Below are positions 45,220 to 52,177 of a stretch of DNA of 52,177 nt, in pieces. The stretch lies in assembly GCA_034666465.1 (NCBI GenBank), contig JAXDLT010000047.1:1-52177 (forward strand), given 5' to 3'. The notes under the pieces are model-generated. The model made no database searches. It saw nothing but the letters and a program-made list of their open reading frames with translations, and had not been told where the DNA came from. The position numbers and the translations under genes were made by a program. Numbering within the stretch: the first letter of the stretch is position 1; every line of letters begins with the position of its first letter. The DNA is from Chloroflexota bacterium. GTDB lineage: Bacteria > Chloroflexota > Dormibacteria > Aeolococcales > Aeolococcaceae.

Positions 45220-45226
45220 CCCGGGA

Positions 45227-45550
45227 TCAGCTGACCTCGAGCAGCTCGATCTCGAAGTGGAGGGTGGAGCGGGGCGGGATCACGGGCGGGGCGCCCTGAT
45301 CCCCATAGCCCAGCTCGGCGGGGATGACGAGCCTGCGCACGCCGCCGACGCGCATCCCGGCGACACCCTGGTCCCATCCCTGGATCACCCGTCCGCCGCC
45401 CAGGAGGAACGAGAAGGGCCCTCGATCGCGGGAGGAGTCGAACCTGCTGCCGTTGTCCAGCGTGCCCGTGTAATGAACCGTCACCGTCCCACCCGGGCGC
45501 GCCTCCGCTCCGGTACCGATCGTGACGTCCTCGATCGTCAGATCAGCCAT
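45227..45550 (-). CDS. FKBP-type peptidyl-prolyl cis-trans isomerase
   Basis: 107 aa with VTVHYTGTLDNGSRFDSSRDRGPFSFLLGGGRVIQGWDQGVAGMRVGGVRRLVIPAELGYG. Confidence 0.9.
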   Translation of the reverse strand: MADLTIEDVTIGTGAEARPGGTVTVHYTGTLDNGSRFDSSRDRGPFSFLLGGGRVIQGWDQGVAGMRVGGVRRLVIPAELGYGDQGAPPVIPPRSTLHFEIELLEVS

Positions 45551-45589
45551 CGTGTGCTCCCGTGGTCGGCAGAGCGCGACACCACGAGT

Positions 45590-45605
45590 ATGACCGTCCG
45601 GTCAT
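45590..45605. promoter_or_regulatory. 16-bp palindrome ATGACCGtcCGGTCAT about 45 nt upstream of the FKBP gene
   Basis: Read directly. It has 7-bp arms and a 2-nt spacer. Confidence 0.3.
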
Positions 45606-45829
45606 GGCGTCGAGCCGGGCACCGGCACATCTCGGAAGCGTTCTCCTGGGCCGCCTCCGAGGCCTGGGGGCCGAGGGCGCGCAGCCTGGCCGCCGCCGCG
45701 TCGACCAGCGTGCCCAGGGTGACGGTGTGGGGCTCCCCACTCCCCTCTCTCGATGCCCGATTCGCGTCAAGTCTGTCTCCCGACGCGACGCGACGTCAAT
45801 GGAACCCGGGCATCGGGGGAGCGCTCAAC

Positions 45830-46195
45830 TCAGGGCATCCGCCCCAGCGCGGAGTTCAGGCGAGCCATGGCCTCCGCCCTGCGCCTCGTCTCGGGATCCA
45901 TCTCCTCGGCCTTCTCGGGCTTCCGGCCGGGAGCCGGCCCGGACGCCGGCGCGGGGGCCGGCGAGGCGGTGCCGGACGCCCATTCGCCGAGGTTGGGGCC
46001 GTCGCCGGGGGTCGGCTCGGTGAAGTCGCGACGCTCGCGAATGTTGCTGACGGGGTTGCTGGCATGGTCCATGCAGTCCTGGACTGCATCCTCACGGTCG
46101 CGTCGCGGTGAGCCGTTGTAGCAGTTGGGGCACATCGCGACGAACAGACGATTGCCGAGCGCGTCCTTGATCTCAGCGATCCTGGTCTTGTGCAT
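45830..46195 (-). CDS. Hypothetical protein (single CPNC pair, Pro/Ala-rich middle)
   Basis: 121-aa ORF with high GC3 and protein-like N- and C-terminal segments (MHKTRIAEIKDALGNRLFVAMCPNCYNG...; ...MDPETRRRAEAMARLNSALG). Confidence 0.5.
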   Translation of the reverse strand: MHKTRIAEIKDALGNRLFVAMCPNCYNGSPRRDREDAVQDCMDHASNPVSNIRERRDFTEPTPGDGPNLGEWASGTASPAPAPASGPAPGRKPEKAEEMDPETRRRAEAMARLNSALGRMP

Positions 46196-46345
46196 CGCCC
46201 GTCATGGTACCTCCCGCTCTGCGGCGACGCTCCCGAGCCGGTCGCCGGCTCGATCCGCAGCGGGGCCGAGCCCTGCCGGTGACGAGCGGCCACCGGACGG
46301 TCGCCGCTATGGTGGTCGGCGATCCCGCCACGGAGGAGGCCACGA

Positions 46346-46750
46346 ATGCGAGTCACCCGCGTCCGACCGGAGAGCCAGCTCGGCGACCCCGAGCGGTTCA
46401 ACGGCACCGTCTGGATCGACCAGATCGCGGTGGGCAACGCCCCCTCACGGGTCGTCTCCAACAGCGTCCACTTCACCCCGGGCGCACGCACCGCGTGGCA
46501 CACGCATCCCTTCGGCCAGGTGCTCCACGTCGTGGAGGGCGCCGGACGGGTCGGCCAGCGTGGTGGCCCGGTCCACGAGGTGAGCGCCGGCGACACCGTC
46601 GTCACCGAGCCCGGCGAGTGCCACTGGCACGGGGCGGCGCCACGTCATTTCATGACTCACATCGGCATCACCGAGACCGACGAGGACGGCAGCACCGCCG
46701 ACTGGGGAGCCCATGTGACCGACGCCGAATACCTGAGCTCCACCGGCTAG
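46346..46750 (+). CDS. Cupin-domain protein
   Basis: 134 aa with VHFTPGARTAWHTHPFGQVLHVVEGAGRV..AGDTVVTEPGECHWHGA. GGAGGAGG lies upstream of the ATG. Confidence 0.8.
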   Translation: MRVTRVRPESQLGDPERFNGTVWIDQIAVGNAPSRVVSNSVHFTPGARTAWHTHPFGQVLHVVEGAGRVGQRGGPVHEVSAGDTVVTEPGECHWHGAAPRHFMTHIGITETDEDGSTADWGAHVTDAEYLSSTG

Positions 46751-46837
46751 GGGTCCTCGGCGACGGCGGCCACACCTCACTCGTCCAGCGCACCGGCCAC
46801 TGCGGAAGCAGCGGGAACGGGATACCCTCCACCGCTC

Positions 46838-49585
46838 GTGATCGACCACCGCGGCGACGTCCTCTTCCTGCCTGCCGACCCCCCTCGCCTGGGAGCGTTC
46901 GCCCTGTGGCGGCCGCCCCCGCAGGGGATCGGGACCGCCTCGGCCGTCGGGGTCGTCCACCCCGACACCGGCCAGCTGCGCACGCGCTCGGTGCCGGCGC
47001 GGCACCTGCCCGTCGCCGAGGCCATCCCCTGGCTGGCGGCTCTGCGCGGGGATGAGCCCGTGGCTCCGAGCCAGCTCGCCTGGGCGGCCGCCGTCCAGGC
47101 GGCGGTGGCCCTGGTGGCCCAGGGACGCCTTCGACCCGGCGTGAGCCCCCGCGGCTTCGGTGCCTGGTTCGTGGGGCCGCTCGACTCCGCCGACGAGGCG
47201 TGGCTCGACCGGCTCGCGCGCGCCTTCCCCGCCCTTGCGCATGCCGTCCCCCTGCTCGGCGACGGCACCCGCCTGCGCACCCCGCGGCACCTGATCACGG
47301 CGTGCTGGGACGCCGTCGCCGATGCCCTGGTGCGCACCGCCGGGGCGCTGCAGGTGTGCCTGGAGCCCTCCCTCGCCAGCCGGGTGCCGGTGAGCGCGGA
47401 GCACCTGCGGCCATGGCTCGAGAGCGTGCCGCAGGTGCAACCGCTGGCCGTCGTCGCCGGGCTCCGCGTGGTCCTTCCCGACGAGCCGGGCATCCCCCCC
47501 GCCATCGTGCTGCAGCTCCGGCGCCGGGACGACCCCACGGTCGTCATCGATGCCGCGAACCTTCGCACCGCGCCACCCGCGCTCCGCCGCCGGCTGGCCG
47601 CCGCAGAGCTGGACATCGAGCTCGCCCTGCACCGGGGAGCGCGCCGCTGGCCGCCCCTGGCGCGCCTCGCGTGGCCCTCCGGCCCGGGGCGGACCGAGCT
47701 CTCCGAGGAGGAGCTGGGCTCACTGCTCGAGGCGGCCGAGGCGCTCGCCGGCCTCGGGGTCGAGGTGCACTGGCCCGCCTCGCTGACCGACCGGACCCTG
47801 TCGCTTCGCGCGGTGGTGGGCCGCGGCAACGCCCTGGAGCTGCACGGGGCGGAGGGCTTCAGCCTGGACGGGCTCCTCGACTTCCGGTGGGAGCTGACCC
47901 TCGGGGGCACGACGCTCAGCACCGAGGAGATGGACGCGCTCGCCGAGGGGCGGCGCGCCATCGTCCGGCTGCGCGACGGCTGGGCGGTCGCCGACCCGCG
48001 CCTGGTCGACCGCCTGCAGCAGCGTCCGACGGAGCGCCTGCGTCCCGGCGACGCGCTCGCCGTCGCCCTCACCGGGACGCTGGAGGTGGGCGGCTCGGTC
48101 GTCACGGCGCGCGCCGAGGGTGAGCTGGAGCGCCTGGGCCGGCGTCTCGCCGAGGTCGCGTCGCCGCAGGAGGTGGCCGACCCGGAGGGCCTCCAGGCCA
48201 CGCTCCGCGGCTACCAGCGCCGGGGCCTCGCCTGGCTCCTGGGGATGTGCGAGCTGGGGATGGGTGGATGCCTGGCGGACGACATGGGGCTGGGCAAGAC
48301 CATCCAGATCATCGCCCTCCATCTCGCCCGAGGGCGCGGCCCCATGCTGGTCGTCTGTCCGGCCTCGCTGCTCGGCAACTGGGCGCGGGAGCTGGGCAGC
48401 TTCGCGCCCGCCGTCCCCGTCCGCCGCTACCACGGCGACGGGCGGCACCTCGACGGGCTGGCGCCCACCGAGGTGGTCCTCGTCACCTACGGCGTGGCCC
48501 GCCGCGACCGGGCCAGCCTCGCCGCCGTCCGCTGGGACCTGGTGGTGGCCGACGAGGCGCAGCACATGAAGAACCCGCACTCGCGCACCGCCCGCGAGCT
48601 CCGCGGCATCCCCTCGCAGGCGCGGGTGGCGCTCACCGGGACGCCGGTCGAGAACCGCCTCCTCGACCTCTGGTCGATCCTCGACTGGACCACGCCGGGC
48701 CTGCTCGGCCCGCTCGAGACCTTCCGGCGGCGGATCGCCGCTCCGATCGAGCAGGAGGGCGACGCCGCCGCCGCCGAGCGCCTCGGCCGCATGGTCCGCC
48801 CCTTCCTGCTCCGGCGCACCAAGCGGGACCCGGAGATCGCTCCGGAGCTGCCGCCGAAGACCGAGCTCGACGTGGTCGTGCCCCTCACCCCCGAGCAGGC
48901 CAGCCTCTACGAGGCAGTGGTCCGCGAGGCCCTCGCACAGATCCGGAGCACCGCCGGGATCCAGCGGCGGGGGCTGGTCCTCCAGCTCCTCACCGGCCTC
49001 AAGCAGATCTGCAACCACCCCGCGCAGTACCTGCGCGAGAGCACCCCCCTGCGCGGCCGGTCGGGCAAGCTCGAGGCCCTCGACGAGCTGGTCGAGGTCA
49101 TCGTCGCGGAGGGCGAGGCGGTCCTCGTGTTCACCCAGTACGTGGCCATGGCACGCCTCCTCGAGGCCCACCTCGCCGAGCAGGGCGTCGGCACCCTCTT
49201 CCTCCACGGCGGGGTCGAGGCGCAGCGTCGCGACGCGCTGGTGCGGCGCTTCCAGGAGGGGGAGGTGCCGGTCTTCCTGCTCTCGCTGCGCGCCGGCGGC
49301 GTGGGCCTCAACCTCACCCGCGCCACCCATGTGGTGCACTACGACCGCTGGTGGAACCCGGCGGTCGAGGACCAGGCGACCGACCGCGCCCACCGCATCG
49401 GCCAGGACCGGCCGGTCCAGGTCCACCGCCTGGTGGCCGAGGGAACGGTCGAGGACCGCATCGCGGCGCTGCTCCGGTCCAAGCGCGAGCTGGCCGAGAG
49501 CGTCGTCGGAGCGGGCGAGGCCTGGCTCACCGAGCTCTCCACCGCCGAGCTGGCCGAGCTCGTCTCCCTGCAGCGGACATCGTGA
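46838..49585 (+). CDS. SNF2-family (Swi2/Snf2, HelZ/RapA-like) helicase/ATPase with a long N-terminal domain
   Basis: 915 aa with LADDMGLGKTIQ (motif I), VVADEAQHMKN (motif II, DEAQ), LTGTPVENRL, and the C-terminal helicase lobe LLSLRAGGVGLNLTRATHVVHYDRWWNPAVEDQATDRAHRIGQ. Confidence 0.9.
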   Translation: MIDHRGDVLFLPADPPRLGAFALWRPPPQGIGTASAVGVVHPDTGQLRTRSVPARHLPVAEAIPWLAALRGDEPVAPSQLAWAAAVQAAVALVAQGRLRPGVSPRGFGAWFVGPLDSADEAWLDRLARAFPALAHAVPLLGDGTRLRTPRHLITACWDAVADALVRTAGALQVCLEPSLASRVPVSAEHLRPWLESVPQVQPLAVVAGLRVVLPDEPGIPPAIVLQLRRRDDPTVVIDAANLRTAPPALRRRLAAAELDIELALHRGARRWPPLARLAWPSGPGRTELSEEELGSLLEAAEALAGLGVEVHWPASLTDRTLSLRAVVGRGNALELHGAEGFSLDGLLDFRWELTLGGTTLSTEEMDALAEGRRAIVRLRDGWAVADPRLVDRLQQRPTERLRPGDALAVALTGTLEVGGSVVTARAEGELERLGRRLAEVASPQEVADPEGLQATLRGYQRRGLAWLLGMCELGMGGCLADDMGLGKTIQIIALHLARGRGPMLVVCPASLLGNWARELGSFAPAVPVRRYHGDGRHLDGLAPTEVVLVTYGVARRDRASLAAVRWDLVVADEAQHMKNPHSRTARELRGIPSQARVALTGTPVENRLLDLWSILDWTTPGLLGPLETFRRRIAAPIEQEGDAAAAERLGRMVRPFLLRRTKRDPEIAPELPPKTELDVVVPLTPEQASLYEAVVREALAQIRSTAGIQRRGLVLQLLTGLKQICNHPAQYLRESTPLRGRSGKLEALDELVEVIVAEGEAVLVFTQYVAMARLLEAHLAEQGVGTLFLHGGVEAQRRDALVRRFQEGEVPVFLLSLRAGGVGLNLTRATHVVHYDRWWNPAVEDQATDRAHRIGQDRPVQVHRLVAEGTVEDRIAALLRSKRELAESVVGAGEAWLTELSTAELAELVSLQRTS

Positions 49586-50925
49586 GCAAGGGGCGCGGGC
49601 TGCGTGCCCACAGCGTGGTCGAGCCGGGCACCGCGGTCGGTGCCACGGTCCTGGGGGCGGCGTGGCTGGCCAGCCTGAGCATCCCGCGGCTGGGGGGACG
49701 CTCGGCGGCGGACCGCGGTCGCGAGCTGGCGGAGAGCGGCGCGGTGGGTGTCCTCACCTGGGAGCCGGGCCGCCTGTCGGCCCGCGTGCAGCGCGACGGG
49801 GGTGAGATCCGCCCCGTGGCGCTTCGCGTCGAGCGCCTGGGACTGCCCGCGTGGCGGAGCATCGTCGCGGCGATGGCCAGGGCCCCCAGGCTGCTCGCGG
49901 CCGTCCTGGACGGGGAGCTGCCCGACGAGCTGGTGACCGCCGCGGGTGACGTCGACGGGCTGGTGCCGGCGCCGGCCGAGGTGCGCATCACCTGCGGCTG
50001 CTCCTCGGGGCCGGGCCTCTGCGACCACGCCGCCGCCGTCTGGTACGTGGCCGCCCGCGCGATCGACCTCAGGCCGGCGCAGCTGCTCGACCTGCGCGGC
50101 TACGACAGCGACCTGACCGGCGCGGTGCACCGGCGGGTGCTGCGCAACCGGACCCAGGCGGCGCGCACCGCGCAGGATCCCGGCGTGGACCCGGTCGCGG
50201 CCTTCGCACGGGTGCCGGACCCCCTCCCCCCGCGACTGGCGCTGCCGGTGCGGCCGGGGACGCCCGAGTCGCTCCCGGCACGCCCGCCCGCGGGGCTCAG
50301 GATCCGGCCGGAGGACGTCCAGGCGCTCGCCGCCGACGCGGCGCGCCGCGCCTGGGAGCTGGGGATGGGAACCGGCGACGGCGATCTCGGGCTCGACCCC
50401 GACACCGACCTCGCCCGGCGCGTCTCCCCCCTGGTCGACGACCATGCCCGGCTGATCGCGCTCGCCAACGCCACCGGCCGCGACGCGTGGGCGCTGGCCC
50501 GGCTCGGACTGGCCTGGAGAGCCGCAGGGGCGGCCGCCGTCGAGATCCTCCTGCGTCCCTGGTCGCCGCCGCAGGAGTGGCTGGCACCGGCGGTGGTCGC
50601 CCTCGGCGGGCTGGGACCGGCGCGCTGCCGGCGCAACCGCGTCACCGCCGAGGCGGGCGGGGTGGAGCTGCGCCTCGGCCGGGACCGGCGCTGGTTCCTC
50701 CTGGAGCGTGAGGGGGACACCTGGGTGCTCCGGGATCCGCCCCTCGCCGACCCCGCGGACGCGCTGCGGCGGGCGGGTCTGGCGGCGGCGGCGGCCGCTC
50801 CGGCGGTCGCGGCCGAGCCTGCCGATGCCCGGGAGGCGGCCGATCTCCGTGCCGGTGCCGCATGGGGCCGGCCGGGCCGCGACGCGGCGCCCGGCGACGC
50901 GACGCAGCTCAGGCTTCCGTGGTGA
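49582..50925 (+). CDS. SWIM zinc-finger protein
   Basis: This is the C-terminal 447 aa of ORF 48247..50925. The CxC..CxH motif is ITCGCSSGPGLCDHAAAV. GTG 49582 overlaps the SNF2 TGA (GTGA). Confidence 0.8.
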   Translation: MSKGRGLRAHSVVEPGTAVGATVLGAAWLASLSIPRLGGRSAADRGRELAESGAVGVLTWEPGRLSARVQRDGGEIRPVALRVERLGLPAWRSIVAAMARAPRLLAAVLDGELPDELVTAAGDVDGLVPAPAEVRITCGCSSGPGLCDHAAAVWYVAARAIDLRPAQLLDLRGYDSDLTGAVHRRVLRNRTQAARTAQDPGVDPVAAFARVPDPLPPRLALPVRPGTPESLPARPPAGLRIRPEDVQALAADAARRAWELGMGTGDGDLGLDPDTDLARRVSPLVDDHARLIALANATGRDAWALARLGLAWRAAGAAAVEILLRPWSPPQEWLAPAVVALGGLGPARCRRNRVTAEAGGVELRLGRDRRWFLLEREGDTWVLRDPPLADPADALRRAGLAAAAAAPAVAAEPADAREAADLRAGAAWGRPGRDAAPGDATQLRLPW

Positions 50926-50953
50926 CGCGGCCCACGCCGGGCTCCGGTCCTCC

Positions 50954-51325
50954 TCAGAGGACGGCGCGGTGCTCCTCGATGACCTCACGCGCGCGGCGCC
51001 GCAGCCGGTCGACATCCTCGGCCGCCGTCGCCGCCAGAATGCTGAGGCTGGTCTGCCGCATCGGCGACGAGTGGAGGCGTTCGGCGTGGTCGAGCTCGAC
51101 GGCCACGGTCGGAGCCACGCTGCGCAGAACGGTGCGCTCTCCGGTCGAGAGGGCGGAGATGGACAGCCTGGTGCGGGGGATCCCCGGTCGCTGGAGGACC
51201 AGGGGCTGCCGGGGAGCCGCGGGTCGCTCCCAGAGCGGGGTGCCCATCACCGGCCCGATGCCGGGGCGGCGGTAGCCGCTGATGACGTCCTGGATGAGGG
51301 GGTATCGCTCGATTCGGTTCGTCAT
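50954..51325 (-). CDS. Hypothetical protein
   Basis: 123-aa ORF with AGGAG 5 nt before the ATG. No family recognised. Confidence 0.5.
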   Translation of the reverse strand: MTNRIERYPLIQDVISGYRRPGIGPVMGTPLWERPAAPRQPLVLQRPGIPRTRLSISALSTGERTVLRSVAPTVAVELDHAERLHSSPMRQTSLSILAATAAEDVDRLRRRAREVIEEHRAVL

Positions 51326-51486
51326 TCTTCTCCTGTTCTGTGCGGCGTCAGCATAGCGTCATCACCGGCACGGGACGCTCACGGGACCGCACCACCTTGG
51401 TTCCGAACGGCCCGCGGCTGGACCGAACGCCGCGAGTGTCACACTGGGTGAGGACCAGCTCGCCGTTCTGACCGAGGAGGCCGACC

Positions 51487-52177
51487 GTGCTACGTGCCCT
51501 GCTCCTCGCCCCCCCGGGGGCGGGCAAGGGGACACAGGGGGAGCGGATCGCGCAGGTCTACGGCGTGCCCCACCTGGCGACCGGTGACCTCCTCCGGCGG
51601 CACGTGGCCGAGGCGACCCCGCTCGGTTCCGAGGCGAAGGGCTTCATGGACCGGGGCGAGCTCCTCCCCGACCGGCTCGTGGTCGACGTCATCGCCGGCC
51701 GCATCGCCGGACCCAGGCCCCTGGCCGGGTTCGTCCTCGACGGCTTTCCCCGCACGCTGACCCAGGCCATCCAGTCGTACGAGTGGGGGCGGCTGAGGGG
51801 GCGGACCTTCCACGCCGTCATCTCGCTCCAGGTGCCCGAGGACGAGCTGGTCCGCAGGCTCGTGGAGCGGGGACGGAGCTCGGGCCGCACCGACGACACC
51901 GAGGAGACCATCCGGCATCGCCTCGCCGTCTACGCGGAGCACACCGCGCCGCTCCTCGACTTCTACCGGGGACGCGACATCCTGGTCGAGGTCGACGGGA
52001 CCGGGCCGGTGCCCGAGGTGACGGCGCGCATCCGTGACGCCCTGAGCCCTCTCGACCTCCCGGTGACACGCACGGTCCACCACGTCAGCCAGTCCAACCC
52101 GAGGGGCCCGTCCCAGCAGGACGTGCCCGCCCTCCTCCGGCGGATGGCGGACACGATCGAGAGGCTCAGGCCCGCCA
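51487..52177 (+). CDS. adk: Adenylate kinase-like protein (short-lid type) with a C-terminal extension; the 3' end runs off the window
   Basis: Not in the ORF track because there is no stop in the window. My own translation from GTG 51487 (GAGGAGG 6 nt upstream) reads VLRALLLAPPGAGKGTQGERIAQVYGVPHLATGDLLRRHV..GFVLDGFPRT..RGRSSGRTDDTEETIRHRLAVY.. and stays open for at least 230 codons. Confidence 0.8.
   Translation, partial: MLRALLLAPPGAGKGTQGERIAQVYGVPHLATGDLLRRHVAEATPLGSEAKGFMDRGELLPDRLVVDVIAGRIAGPRPLAGFVLDGFPRTLTQAIQSYEWGRLRGRTFHAVISLQVPEDELVRRLVERGRSSGRTDDTEETIRHRLAVYAEHTAPLLDFYRGRDILVEVDGTGPVPEVTARIRDALSPLDLPVTRTVHHVSQSNPRGPSQQDVPALLRRMADTIERLRPA

Overview
This is a 52.2-kb, very GC-rich window; by eye it is above 70% G+C, and real genes have third codon positions almost saturated with G/C. 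It looks like an Actinomycetota-type chromosomal segment. I support about 50 protein-coding genes. I saw no rRNA, tRNA, CRISPR array, transposase or integrase. Most long ORFs in the track are Arg/Pro/Ala-rich antisense or off-frame artefacts of the GC content, so I called genes from protein-like composition, recognisable family motifs, SD-like sequences and start/stop coupling.

Gene content from left to right:
- An aromatic-catabolism cluster: LLM oxidoreductase, FAH hydrolase and extradiol dioxygenase, divergent from an FAD phenol-type monooxygenase, a GntR regulator and an SDR.
- An F420-type deazaflavin nitroreductase and an NmrA-like protein.
- A TetR regulator coupled to a cNMP-binding TrxR-like flavoprotein.
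- A LysR-controlled module of a tandem muconolactone-isomerase-like protein plus DUF4331.
- furA-katG.
- A stand-alone H-NOX (heme-NO/O2 sensor) gene 4 nt upstream of a GGDEF-EAL-(GAF-like) gene.
- A GAF-LuxR regulator.
- Two inverted paralogous large LuxR/LAL regulators bracketing about 12 kb. That stretch holds a DUF429-headed hydroxyquinol-type ring-cleavage operon, a DrrAB-like ABC exporter, and an AKR / PabAB / chorismate-mutase-prephenate-dehydrogenase-fusion operon that looks like a PapABC-type 4-aminophenylpyruvate cassette.
- Assorted small regulators (ArsR-SRPBCC, PadR), a DUF4395 gene, a quinone reductase, a VOC protein, an FKBP and cupins.
- A translationally coupled SNF2 helicase and SWIM protein pair.
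- A partial adenylate-kinase paralog.

The most interesting items are the H-NOX/c-di-GMP pair in a high-GC Gram-positive background, the PapABC-like cassette with an Asn at the canonical catalytic His of the dehydrogenase, and the tandem MLI/DUF4331 module. Several AT-rich palindromic operators and leaderless-type promoters are also visible directly in the sequence.
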